Of a stretch of 64,000 bases of DNA, positions 1 through 12,559 are shown in pieces (the first letter of the stretch is position 1; each line of letters begins with the position of its first letter). The notes below the pieces were generated by a model that worked only from the letters and a program-made list of their open reading frames with translations, did not search any database and had not been told where the DNA came from. This stretch comes from Mantamonas sphyraenae STR306 (Eukaryota; Protista; CRuMs), in NCBI GenBank assembly GCA_026936335.1, contig JAPMXV010000053.1:378058-442057 (forward strand), read 5' to 3'. Made by a program: the position numbers and the translations under genes.

Positions 1-1045
1 GGCCAAGTGGTTGCCGGGCGCATGGACAACTCGTACAGTGTATTCTTGATGCAGATGTCCCTGGTGAAATTCCGCGGCCTGGCATATGAGGTTTCGCACG
101 CGGACGTGGTGCCGCTTCAAGGGTTCCGTGAGCACCCGGAGATGCCGGGCATGCTGCTTGCTGTGAACAAGAAACACGGAATGTGTGTGGCCATGGATCT
201 GGAGGGTGACGAGATCCAGTATACAGTGCTGCTGGACGGTCCCGGATCGCACCGCCGTGCGGAAGGAATCGCACCCGTGCATGGCAAAGCGGCCGAGTCG
301 GTGTGTGACTCTGCTCGCCCGGGACGCATGGGATCGGTGATGCTGTTGCGCAGCAACGGCACGGTGTCTCATTGGGTACTGGACCGCGACGGTGTGGACA
401 AGGAGAAGATGGCTGCGCTGGCTGGGAAGCGCGCGGCGGCGGCGGCGGCAGACAAGGGCAAGGGCAAGGCAAATACCAAGGCTGAGAAAGGCAAAAGAAG
501 AAGAAAAAGGCGCCAGAGGTGCCGGATCGTAGCGAGAAGCCGACTGTGCGCGGCATGGCGACGGCGCGCAAGTCGACGGGTGGAAAGGCGCCGCGCAAAC
601 AGTTGGCGGCCAAAGCAGCCAAAGCAGTGCGGAAAGAAGCGCGTGCGTACGCACATGGGGAGGAAGATGTGAAGGCGCCGATGTGGAGCGACGACTTTGA
701 GGACGAGGAGCCTGAGGAGAAGCGAGGCAGCCTGTTCAAGACGATGCGTGCGAGGCAAGCAAGCAGGGACTCGGCCGCCGGGTCGGACTCGGAGCCGGAG
801 GATGGAGAAGAAGAGGAAGAGGAAGAGGAAGAGTATGAGATTGACGAGGTCGCGGATGGCGCCGATTTGGACGGCGGGGCGGCAGTTAGTCAGCGAACGA
901 TGCATCTGTTGCACGAGGCCGAGGGTCGCGGCGGGAATCCATTTGCCTCTGTGCCGAAAGCAAGCTCTGGGAAGACGTCACTGTTTGGTGGAGTCAAGAG
1001 CGGGGAAAGGAGCACGGGATCTTTGTTTGGAAGCCGCGGCGCCGT

Positions 1046-1083
<38 letters not shown>

Positions 1084-4000
1084 GCATGCAAAGACAGGAT
1101 TGGGGTGCGCCAAACATGTCTGAATTGGCAATGACGCCGTCGATGAACGACGTGGCACGCAACGAGGGTGTAGCAGGTGGACCGGAGTTTGCAAAGGACT
1201 TCTTTGAGCGACTGCCTGTGATCACATCGAGCGTGGAGCTGAGCTCCACAAAGTTGAAAGCAGATGGGGAGGATTTGAAGAATGCGATGCAGAGGTACGG
1301 ATACATGGGCATCGGGGGCGGCGAGAGCATGGATCTCCAGATTGCGTGCGATCCGTCGATGGTGATTGTCGGCGTGCAGCTGTACCTGTACAGCGAAGCC
1401 GGTGTGATCGGCTCTGTGAGCGTAGAGGGGGAGCGTGTGGTGCCTGTGCGTGCGTACAGGGACAGGCGCGTTCTGGATGTGCCGTTTACAGCGGCGGAAA
1501 TCCTTGCGTCTCCGCACCATGCCACGCTGGAACTGCATCCGCGATCGCAGACATCACGACGCACAGCCATCGAAGGCCTTCAGGTGTATGGAGTTCGTGC
1601 GAGTGAGTTTAAGCTGGCAGAGAAGGTTGCTGCGCTTGAGCGTTTGGAGGCTGAGCGAAAAGCTGTGCAGAAGCGCCTGCGTCGCAAGGTGCCACAGAGT
1701 GCACTGGAGCGCAGCGCAGTGCACGTGCTGCGTATGGCGACTGCATACTTTCTGAAACAGCCGGATGCGCTTGCCGGCGATGGGATGGTGAAGTGGAAGC
1801 AAACTCTGCCTCACAGTCTGAGCCAAGTGTCGATGCTGGTGGTGCACGAGAGCCTGGAAGAGCTGCTGAAGGCGATGCACGACGACGAGGAGAACTTCCT
1901 GCGCACAAAGGACCTTGTACACCTGGAACACCTTGTGCAGCAGCTGTCGGCGTCGCCCGTGTCGTCGCTGGCGGGAACGATGTCGTTGGCTGAGCTGAAG
2001 CACTTGCTGGCAAATATGGGCGCCATTGCACGCGAGCGTCCTCTTAACTTTGGGGCTTTCCTGAAGGAGCATGGGGAGGTCCCGTCCGTGCTTTGCGACC
2101 TGCTGGTGGCGGTGTACGAACGGCGAGCGCTACATGGGGAACAGGTTGTGTCCGCAGTCGAGTCGTTGATGGATGTGCTGTATGGCAATTTGCGTCACCT
2201 GTGGCAGGAATGCATCGACACACATGGCGAGACGGCAAAGGTGCACGCAGTGGCGAGCATCGAACCGGGAATGGCGTTGGTTGTGCGCATGGTGACGTTT
2301 GCATCGTCGTACAAGGTGCGTGCAGCTGCAGACCGGGCGCTGTTCTCTGCGGTGCTGCACACGCTTGCTCGAGAGTCGCACCTGCTGCGGCTGTCGGAGG
2401 ACGGCGTGGTGGGCGGCGAGGACGAAAGTGACATCGGTGTGGTGAGCAATTTGTCAGAGGCCATTCTTGCGTGCCTGCTGAAGAACCTTCCGAGTATGGT
2501 GCACCTGGATGGCGAAGTTGCGTTGAACTACATGCACCTTGTGTCTGCGATGCTGTCCAGTTCGCCTTCGTCTGTGCTACGTGACGTGCGGCGCTTCGTC
2601 GCATGCGGCGTGCAGTTGTTCAAAGACGGTGATACCGTGGCGAGTGGGTTTGTTGGGCACAGTGCGCAGCAGGATGTGGAGCTCATGCTGCTGCAGCTGG
2701 TGCACAGCGTTTTCAAGACACAGCGACGTTGGGAGCGAGAGGCACAGGGTACGGGCGAGGGCAGTGGCGCTGCGAAAGCCAAGACGGCCCCGCGTGTGGT
2801 GGAGCGTTTTGAGAATGTGGTGGAGCGTCTGCGAGTGGAGCTTCACGAGACGGGCCTTGCGCAGACTTTGCTTGAAGCAGCGCAGAGCTTGTTTGCGTAC
2901 TGCGCGTCGCAGAGTGACGACTGGACGGGCGGAGTGGAAGAGAACGAGGGTGGCTTGAGCAGCTTCAAGCAAGCTCTGCTGAGCAAGAAGCGCGAGACAC
3001 CGCCTAGCAGCATTCCGCCGTTCTTTGGAGTGGAGCACGTACGGAAGTACGGGGACGACTTGTTCAAACCGTTCCGACAGATGTACCTGAACGTGCTGCT
3101 CAAGTCTGCGAGCGACTACTTTGGCGTCGTGTGGAAGGGAGTGCGTGAGCGGCACGGCGGCGACGAAAAGAGCGAAACGGTCGAGTCACTGGACGAGACG
3201 GACGCAGCGCTCTTCCACGGCTGGAAAGCGCTGGCGTGCCGTGTGATGTATCAAAGCCAGACGGAATTTGCGACCGAGGCGGCAAAGAAGCTGCTTCTGC
3301 AGCTGACGCGCAAGCGCAGTGCGTTCAACCGTGTGCGCGACTCGTTTGTGCTGGGGCAGGAGAGTGACAAGCTGATGGAAATCGGGTCACGCAGCGAGCA
3401 ATTCACGGGGACAGTGAGCTATGACGACATTGCAGATACGATCGAGTGTGTGACTACGCTTGCTTCGGTGGCAAAGAAGCGGCCGGAGAACTGGCAGGCG
3501 TTTTGTGCTGAGCAGCGTGAGATGCCTGTGTTTCTGTGTCACAGCATGTTCCACATGGTGGAAAAGGCAGTGCTGCCGATGAGCCAACTGCTTGCGTTGC
3601 TGTTTGAAAGCAGCAGCGAAGAAAGGAAACCGAAGGGCAGCGGCGACGGGAGCACGCGCAGCGCAAGTCCGCTTCCTACGCTGGAGAGTGAAGCATCCAT
3701 GGACACGTCTGTGGCAAGTGTAATGAGCAGCGGGGGCGACGAGGACGATGACACGGAGGGTGGTGCGGAGGCTGCGGTGGATGTGGCATCGCTGGTGGAT
3801 GGTGATCTGATGCATCGTTTCGTAAGTGCGTTTATGTTGGAAGTGCGCAACGTGGAGGTGCGGATGAACGTGCGCGATTTCATGCTTGGCGTGTGGAAGC
3901 GAGCAGACAACGAGCAACGAGCTGTGCTGTTTGAGGTGGCTGGCGACTTGCTTGCGAGCCTGCCGTCGTACGGAGTGAACGGCCTGAGTGCAACGGAGCT

Positions 4001-7000
4001 GATGGCGTACATGGTGAGCGATTTGGGCAACAAGGGGACGCAGAGTGGCTCGTTTGCGCTGGACAAGTGGCTGGGCCAGGTGATGGAATGTGTGCAGTCG
4101 CAAAATGCACTGGTGAGCGAGCACAGCCACTCGGGCCTGTATCAAGCACTCGGGCAGGTGCTGGACCTGGGCGGATACTATCTGGAAAGCCAGCCGTGCT
4201 TGGTTTGCAACGACCCAGAGGTGCCGTTTAAGCGCATGTCGTTGGACATGGTGCGTGCAGAGATCAGATACACGGACAGTGCGATGATCACACGCTTCCG
4301 ACAGAGCCTGGCGATCGAGAGTGTGATGGGCACTGTGACACCGCAAAAGGCGGGCAAGAGCGTGCAGACGTTGAATGTCTATTACACGAACCGCACAGTG
4401 AAAGACTTGGCGGAGCTGAAAACGATGAGTGCAAGCGGAGTGGATGTGTGGAAGAAGGCCAAGAGCGTGCGCCTGAAGCCGCGACAAACCGAGGTGGCCA
4501 TCCACTTCCCGGAGCCAATTCTGGCGTCGAACCTGATGATTGAGTACGCGACGCTGCACGAGGACGTGCAGTCGCTTGCCCAGGAGAAGCTGATGTGTCC
4601 TCGTTGCGGCAGGCATGTTCCAGACCGGTTTGGCAACTGCAAGAACTGCGGCGAGAACGCATACCAATGCAGGCAGTGCCGCAACATCAACTACGAGAAC
4701 CTGCAGGCGTACCTTTGCAACGAATGCGGTCATTGTCAGTATGCACGGTACGACTGGTCCCTGAGTCAACGGCAGAATCTGGGCACAGGAGTGATTACGA
4801 CCGACAGCGAGTACGAAGAGGCACTGGAGGCGCTGCGAAAGGAGACAGTGATGACAGACAGGCTATACAAGCAGCTGGGTGCGGAAATCGAACCCCTGAT
4901 GCAGATGATCAATGATGACGGAAGCGAAGAGGCGCGGGAGGCGGTGGCAAAGGCATTGGTTGACGCGGAGGGCGAAGGGAGTTCGGAGTCTCTGGTGCGC
5001 AAGAACATCCGAGGGCTGAGTGCAAAGTATGGCAGGCGTTGCCGCCAAGGGTTTGGTATGCTGAGCAAGCGTGTGCAGCTGCTGATTTCCATTCGGCGGG
5101 AGGTGGTGCGGTACGTGAACCGCAGCGGAGGTGGAGGCGGACATGGACATGAGGGAGGCAGTCGCCCTGCGGCAATGCTGGACAACAGGTGTTTTGGGTG
5201 TGCAAACAACTTCCTGTCGCAGATTGTGATGCTTCTGGAGCAGCTGGCAATGCAAAAGGAAGCAGGCGACAAACTGGTGAAGCTCGGCATTGTACAGGAG
5301 CTGATGGAGCACAGCATGTACCACAGCGACGTGGAGGCGCGCAAGCGTGCACGCAGTGTCATTTGCCAGTTTGTGCGCGGGCGTCCAGAGGCGCTGAATG
5401 TTGTGCTGGAGCACATTTCGTCCAAGATCCGCCTGTGCCTGGCCAACTGGTCGCGTCTGGATGTGCGCACGAGCGTACAGAACGAAATGACGCTGCTGAG
5501 CGAGTTGAGCGTACAGGCGGAGCAGCAGTGGGAGCCGCTGCTGCGTGTGTGCGTCGAGGAGCTGTTGCGAGCACTCGCTGCCGGCTATGACAAGCCCGCC
5601 GTTGTGGATCACATTGTGCGGCCGTTGCTGGCTGTGGTGCACAGATACTGCGGTGGCAAGCGCGGAGAGAATGGCGATAGCAGCAGTAGTAGTGGTGGTG
5701 GCGGTGGTGGTGGTGGCGGTGGCACCAGCGGCGACTCGGAGGGAGCGACGACGTCCTCGAATACGGTGGGTGGCGAAGCAGTTGCGAGTTTGCCTGTGAT
5801 CTCGACGGCAGGATGGCTGGCCGGCAGCGCAGAATTTGCGTCGTGGAACACGGGTGAGTTGCAACAGATGAGTGGACAGCAGGCGAGCGCGTCGCAAGGG
5901 TTTGCCCTGATGCAGAGGCTGTTGTTGAACCGATGCAACGAAAGGGTGCGCGAGATGGCGTTGGACATGCTGATGGCCGTGGTGACGAGCAATGGGTCTC
6001 TTGCGAATCGCCTGGGGGTGCTGAAGCAGCTGATGGGACTGATGGAGAGCGCGCAGGAGCAGCAGCTGGGAGGGGCAAGCAGGCAGCTTTTTGAGGGCAT
6101 TGCAGAGGTGAGCAAGGGCCATGAGGAGGATGTGTGGGCGGCACTGTCCAAGGAGGGCAACGTGGAGGTTCTGTGCGCGCTGATTGTGAAAGAAGTGCAG
6201 GGCATTGTAGCTCTTGAGGGTCAAGTGACGGCCGACTTTGAGCAAGGGTATGTGCTGGCGGCTCTGGTGGACGTGCTGATGCGCATGCTGGGCGTGGAGA
6301 GTGTATTCGAGCACTTTCAGCGTGAGAAACAGGTGCACCGTGTGCTGGAAGCGTTCCTTGCGCTGCGCGGTGTGATTGGCCAAAAGACGCGGTTGACGGA
6401 CACTGCGCTGAAAATGCTGGAGGCACTGATCCAAAGGGTGGTGGAACAGGGTGAGGAGGCGCAAGCAGAGTACAGTGCAGGATGTGTGGCGGCGCTGAGG
6501 AAGCAGCGTGGGGGACGCAAGTCGCGTGCGCCTGTGTTTGTGTACGAGCAGCTGTGCAACCTGATGTGTCCGGTGAAGCCCGATCCGGTGTACGAGCTGC
6601 AGCTGGACAAGTCGCGCACGCAGGAGGAATTTATCCGAGGAAGCATGACGCACAATCCGTACCGTTCGGACACGCTGGGCCCACTGATGCGTGACGTGAA
6701 GAACAAGATCTGCCTGGATCTGGAAATGGCTGGTTTGATTGAAGACGACAACGGGATGGAGCTGCTGGTGGCCGGGAACATCATCAAGCTGGACCTGCCT
6801 GTGAAACTGGTGTACGAGCAGGTTTGGGTGCCGCATTTCCGGGAGCGACACGGTGAGGAGGAGCGCGTGAGTCCGATGCGCGTGGTGTACAGGCTGCAAG
6901 GCTTGGACGGAGAGGCGACAGAGCCGGAGGTGGACTCGCTGGAGGAGGAGAGTGGAGAGGAACGCGACCCGGAAGAGGAGTTTGCGCTGACGGGCGTGAT

Positions 7001-9215
7001 GAGCGAGTGTGGAGGGTTGGAGTTGATGCTGGAGCACCTGGGAGGCATTGAAAGCTTCGAACAGGAACGGGAGCTGGCCAATGTGCTGTTGCGCCTGCTG
7101 GACGCTTGCTGCAAGGTGCGGGCAAACCGACGGGAAATGCTGCGCCTGGGTGCCGTGAGCGTGCTGGTGCGCACGCTGATGGTTGCGTTTGTGCGAGAGG
7201 AGGATGCGCCGTTTGCAGAGGCGTTGTTGTTGATCATGGGACGCGTGGTGCAGGAGGCCAACGTATCGCTGACGCGCTCGAGCAGTGTGAACACGGAAGA
7301 GCTGCGACAGCTGCTGCTGGAACACACGAGCGGCGAGAGTGGCGAGGGAGGCAAGAACGAGTCGGAAGAGAGCCACTCGTATGTGGAGCAGCTGCTGGAA
7401 CAGATGTCGAGTGGCATGGTCAAGAAGAACGGCAAGGTGCGAGAGGCGCTGAACAGCGTGATCTCGTTTTTGACGTTTGGAGAGGCACGCAGCATGACTT
7501 TGCTGTACAAGCACTTTGTGGATGTGATGGATTACGAGGCGTACGACGAGGCGCTGTACGCAGACGAGTCACACACACACAAGCTGGAATGCCTTGCAGA
7601 ACTGTGCGAAAACATCTCGCTGGACGCAAACGGGTCGAAGCTGAAGGACCTGTTCTTGGTGGAGGGGTCGACGAAGCGAGGCATCGAGTACTTGGTGGAT
7701 CGCTTCCCACTGAAGGAGGACCGGGAGAGTGCGACGTGGCAGGCGTCGCTTGCGGCACCTGCTCTTCCGTACGTGCTGCGCATCCTGAGTGGACTTGCGC
7801 GAGGACATGAGGCGACACAGGTGTTGCACATGGAGATGGGCGCGCTGAAGGTGCTGCAGCGACTGGAGGGAGTGTTTGCAGAAGGGAAAATCGGGTCGCT
7901 CGCAGAAAACCTTGTGGAGAGCGTTTGCTTTGCAAACACGGAGACACAAAGTGCATTTGAAAAACTGAACAAGGCACAGGAGGAGAAGAAGAAGAAGCGA
8001 GCGGAAGCGCAGAGGAAGAAGATGATGGCGGCGATGAACATGTCGTACAGCAAGGAAGGAAAGATCGTGGCAAAGAGCGGCCTGCTGGAAGACGACCTGG
8101 AGGAGGAAAGCGGGAGCGTGTGCATGGTGTGCCAAGAAGGGTACAAGTACCGCCCGGAGCAGGTGCTAGCCATCTACACATACAGCAAGGCTGTGGACGG
8201 GTCGCGCGGTGGGATGAGCAGCGTGTCGCATCTGAACATGATCCACATGGAGTGCCACGACGCAGCAGTGGAAGCAGACCGACGTCTGAAGAAGCCGAAG
8301 CGTGAGTGGGAGGGTGCAGAGCTGCGTAACCAGGGCACACGGTGCAACAATCTGCTGCCGACATACGGAAAGACGGTGCCGGAAGGGGCATACGAGCAGG
8401 CGAGCACCCGCTACTGGCAACGGGCGAATGAGCTGGGTGTGGTGATGGGCAGTGCAGGGCAGTACGGGGCGATGATGAACGACCTGACGTACCTACTGAT
8501 GAGGTTTGGAAACAACGAGTCGTTCAGCGTGGATGCACACGGCGGAGGGCGGGAGAGCAACCTGCACTTTGCGACGTACATGGTGCAGCACGGCCTTTAT
8601 CTGTTGCACAAGAGCGGGCGGCTTGGAGAAGTGCAGGCAGACATGACGACGTATCTAGAGACAGACGAGAGTGGCTGGGCAAAGTATGTTGGCCGGAACG
8701 AGGACCACGACGTGGTGCGGTGTGTGTCAACGTTGTGCTGCATGTCTGCCGAGACGTGGGCCACACATCGCATGCTGATCCTGAAGCGGTTGATCCGCTT
8801 TGCGGCGACGACGAGCACGCACATTGCGAGCGTGTCCAGCAGCGAGAGCAGCAGCAGCAGCAGCAGCGGCAGTGGTGGCGGTGGTGGTGGTGAGCAGAGC
8901 CTGTCGGAGAAGGTACGGCCGTACTTGGTGCTGTTTGCACTGGTGAACAGGTTGCAGGAAGTCATCAAGCCGCAGGGCAAGGTGAAGGGAGAGGATGACG
9001 CGTGGCTGGAGTCTGCGCTGACCTATTCTCGGGAGAACGAGGAAGATGTGCGCAAGCAGGTCCAAGAGCTCTTGTCAGACTATGAGGACGAACTGGTGTA
9101 CTTGGAGGCGCCCATGGAGTTTTTCGATGTGATTGGCGTGCTTGGCGACGTCATGGGAGAGGGCAGTGACGCAGATGGGTTTGTTTCGCGATGGGCCGGT
9201 GAAGAGAGTGGATGA
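1..9215 (+). CDS. UBR4: UBR4/BIG/p600-family giant E3 ubiquitin ligase, C-terminal ~3,070 aa; 5'-truncated by the window; 1-nt frameshift at ~493-496 joins frame +1 (1-494) to frame +3 (495-9215)
   Basis: Hallmark UBR4/BIG motifs: GYYLESQPCLVCNDPE, Cys cluster CPRC..NCKNCGENAYQCRQCRNINYE..LCNECGHC, DKSRTQEEFIRGSMTHNPY, EDDNGMELLVAGNIIKLDLPV, YRLQGLDGEATE, hemi-RING CMVCQEGY..HLNMIHMECH, EWEGAELRNQGTRCNNLLP, GGGRESN. Frame +1 upstream reads like the preceding beta-propeller region. Confidence 0.93.
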
Positions 9216-9336
9216 AGAATGGCAGAGCAGCCCCCCTCCTACCCTCTGCTGAAATGATGCGACGTTGAGAGGTTCAGTTCTCTCTTGCAATCAGTGCAGT
9301 CCGATGCTGCGCCGAGCGTGCCACGCCTTTGACAAC

Positions 9337-9344
9337 ATGTCCTC

Positions 9345-9391
<47 letters not shown>

Positions 9392-12300
9392 ATGGGATGG
9401 AGACGGAGGAGAATGAAGAGTTCAACAACGGGTTCATCCGAGTGGTGGGCGCTGAGCAGCACAATCTGAAGAACGTAGACGTGAGCATCCCAAAAAACCA
9501 AGTTGTGGTGATTTCAGGCGTGTCTGGGTCGGGAAAGTCGTCGTTGCTGTTTGACACAATCACGGCAGAGAGCAGGCGGCAGCTGATAGACACAGTGAGT
9601 GAGATGGGATGTGGGAGGGAGTATGGTGAGAGGAAGAAAGCGGGACTGCCGCACTGCGACGACGACACAACGAGTTCCCGAGAACCTGTTTGGCCGGAGG
9701 GAAAGTGGGTCTCGAGAACACGCAGGAGGTGCTGGCGGGCACACAAGGTACACACACTCACACGTCGGTCGCGTTCAATTCCAAGTTCTCTGCATTTGCT
9801 CGACAACGCCTGCCCAAGGTGAGCCGACCGGCCATGACGTCGATTGAAGGCATTGGCGCCTGCATTGCCATTGACCAAAAGGCACTGGGCACGAGCTCAC
9901 GGTCGACCATCGGGACGACAACCGAGGCATGGAACTTTGTGCGACTGCTGTTCAGCAAATGTGGCACGCCGCCGCTGCCAGATGGGTACTTTGCGTTCAA
10001 CAAGCCGACGGGAATGTGCAACGGGTGTTCCGGCGTCGGAATGGCGTTTGAGCTGAAGGAGGACACGCTGTTTGACATGAGCAAGTCGCTGAAACAAGGA
10101 GCCATCCTGCATCCAGACTACAAGACCACAGGGTGGTACTTCAAGAGCGTGCGGCTGTCGGGCCTGTTTGATCTGGACAAGAAGCTGCGCGACTTTACAA
10201 AGGAAGAGTTTGAGCAGCTCAAGTGGATGGACCCGGTGAGCGTGGACGTGAAAGAGGGAGACTTTGCGTTCAACATGACGGGTGTCTGCAAGAACCTGAA
10301 GAGACGTCTGGGAGCAAACGAGAACCTGCACAAAAAGTGGTCCGAGTACATCGAACGGGCCACGTGCTCAGACTGCAAAGGCTCGCGCCTGAACCAACAG
10401 GCACTGTCGGTGCGCTTGAACGGCAAGAACATTGCCGAGGTGTCGCAGATGGAGATCGGGCAACTGGTGACGTGGTTGGAAGATTGCCGCGTGGACGACG
10501 TGACTCGTCCGATTCTCAGGCGGCTGCTGTCCATTCTGAGCAACATGACGTTGCTCGGTGTGGGCTATCTGTCGCTCGGACGTAACATCGGCACGCTCAG
10601 TGGCGGCGAGTCGCAGAAGATCAAGATGGCGCGGCAGTACGGTTGCGATTTGACGGACATGATGTACGTGCTGGATGAACCTTCGGTGGGCATGCACCCG
10701 AAAGACCTCCTCAACACGATGCGTGTGATTGATCAGCTGAAACGCAAGGGCAACTCTGTGCTGCTTGTGGAACACGAGCCACTGGTGATCACGGCTGCAG
10801 ACTACCTGGTTGAGATCGGCCCTCGCGCAGGGCGGCACGGAGGGCAGTTGATGTTCAGCGGCACGCCTGCGGAGATGCGCGAGGCTTATGCATCGGGTAC
10901 ATTGGAGACGGCAACAGCGCGAACAGTGTTTGGTGCGGAAACCGAGTTTCTGCCGTGGACCACGAGCGAGACGGCGCAGGAGTTTGCAGGCATGTTGGCG
11001 CAGATGCGCAAACTTCGAGAGGAGCACATGCGTGACAAGAAGCACGTGGGCGGTGAAGCAAGTGGCAAGCAGCGTGGGCTGACAGAAGCGTTGGCGATGG
11101 GAGACGGGTTTGAGGAGGCCGTAGCACAGATGATGTTTCCCGTGTGTGGAAACATCGACTGGCGCTTCTTGGATGGGGAAATCGTGGCACGTCGCACGTG
11201 GGAGGATTCGTATGTCGTCAAGGCGGCGGAACTGAACAACCTGAAGCGGCTCACAGTGGAGATTCCGAGGGGAGTGTTTTGCGCGCTGTCGGGCGTGAGT
11301 GGAAGTGGCAAATCGTCGCTGATGCAGGTGTTTGCACAGCAAGTGGAGGACATTGTGTTTGTCGATCAGAGCTCGATTGGAAAGACCAGCAGGTCGTGTC
11401 CGGCAACGTACACGGACGTGTTTACGCTCATCCGCAAGGAGTTTGAACGGGAAACACGTCAGAAGGCAAAGGTGTTTTCCTTCAACAGTGCAGGAGCATG
11501 CGACGAGTGCAAGGGGAGCGGGTCGCTGACGATCAACATGAACTTTCTGGACGACGTCAGCGTCCAGTGCCATGTGTGCGAAGGAAGGCGGTACAAGGAG
11601 GAGGTGCTGGGATACCTTGTCAAGGGACACTCGATTGCCGATGTGCTGGACATGACGGTGAGCGAGGGTCTGGAGCTGTTTGCGGATGTTCCAGCAATCG
11701 CGACGAAGCTGGAGCTGCTGCAGGAGATTGGCCTGGGATACATCCAGTTGGGTCAAAGCGTGTCAACAATCAGTGGAGGAGAGGCACAGAGGTTGAAGCT
11801 GAGCAAGGAGCTGAACAAGAGAGGCAACACGTATGTGCTGGATGAGCCGAGCAGCGGACTGAGCGTGACGGATTTGCAACCGCTGATCCGCCTGCTGCAA
11901 CGACTTGTGTCGCAGGGCAACTCGGTCATTATCATTGAGCATGACTTGCATCTGCTGCAGTTTGTGGACCACATTATTGAGCTGGGACCGGACGCAGGCG
12001 AACAAGGAGGCTTTCTTGTTTGCCAGGGCACTCCGGAACAAGTTGCGTCGTGTGCACACTCGTACACAGGACAATTTCTCAAGCACATCCTGAGGGCGTT
12101 GCACAAGCGAGTGACGAGTGACGTCAACTCGTTGGAAGGACTGACGAGCGACACAAGCATTGCCGGGCAGCACGGGGGACACGCGGGCGGACATAGGACA
12201 AAGAAGGTACGCAAAGGCAGCAGTGGAGGACGCTCGAAGCGCTCGCGCAAGGAGATGGACGACGACGAGGCGTTTGTGGCGGACGACGACGACGACGACG

Positions 12301-12539
12301 AACAGCAACTCAAGTTTGACGAGGAGGACGAAGAAGAGGCGGAGTTTGACGAGGACGAGGACGAGGACGACGATGAAGATGGTGGGATGACCCTGGACCA
12401 AGGCTCGCCAGACGATGACTATCGCGGCAGCGTGGATGTCAAACCGTCGGGAGGCGGGCGCCGATCGACGCGACGCACACGCAAACGAGTCAAGTACAAT
12501 GAGGATGAGGATGAGGATGAGGATGAGGATGAGGATTAG
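9337..12539 (+). CDS. uvrA: Excinuclease ABC subunit A-like ATPase, class II (UvrA2/DrrC-like). Exons 9337-9594 and 9786-12539
   Basis: [37 protein letters not shown]; the GTGAGT..CAAG intron (9595-9785, phase 0) restores ESRRQLIDT|[10 protein letters not shown]. Two ABC modules ([19 protein letters not shown]; [31 protein letters not shown]) and CxxC zinc pairs. Confidence 0.92.
9346..9390 (+). repeat. (AGC)n coding microsatellite giving poly-Ser at the UvrA N-terminus; similar tracts at ~1046-1082, ~22012-22059 and ~23933-23968
   Basis: Trinucleotide runs directly visible and read as Ser in the coding frame. Confidence 0.9.
12501..12536 (+). repeat. (GAGGAT)6 coding repeat giving the ED tail of UvrA
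   Basis: Hexamer run directly visible before the TAG. Confidence 0.9.
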
Positions 12540-12559
12540 GAATGGAGTGGAAACTTCTC

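Noticed and set aside
555-700. A histone H3 gene
   Set aside because: Only tail residues 6-25 are present, with no histone fold; the frame continues into UBR4.
4863-7514. 883-aa minus-strand ORF, and similar long antisense ORFs (27512-29620, 40275-42377, 45839-48376, 60942-62657)
   Set aside because: Antisense shadows of GC-rich, codon-biased genes with no recognisable motifs.
9337-12539. Bacterial contamination or chimeric contig as the source of UvrA
   Set aside because: It has a spliceosomal intron, host-like low-complexity tails and tight eukaryotic neighbours.
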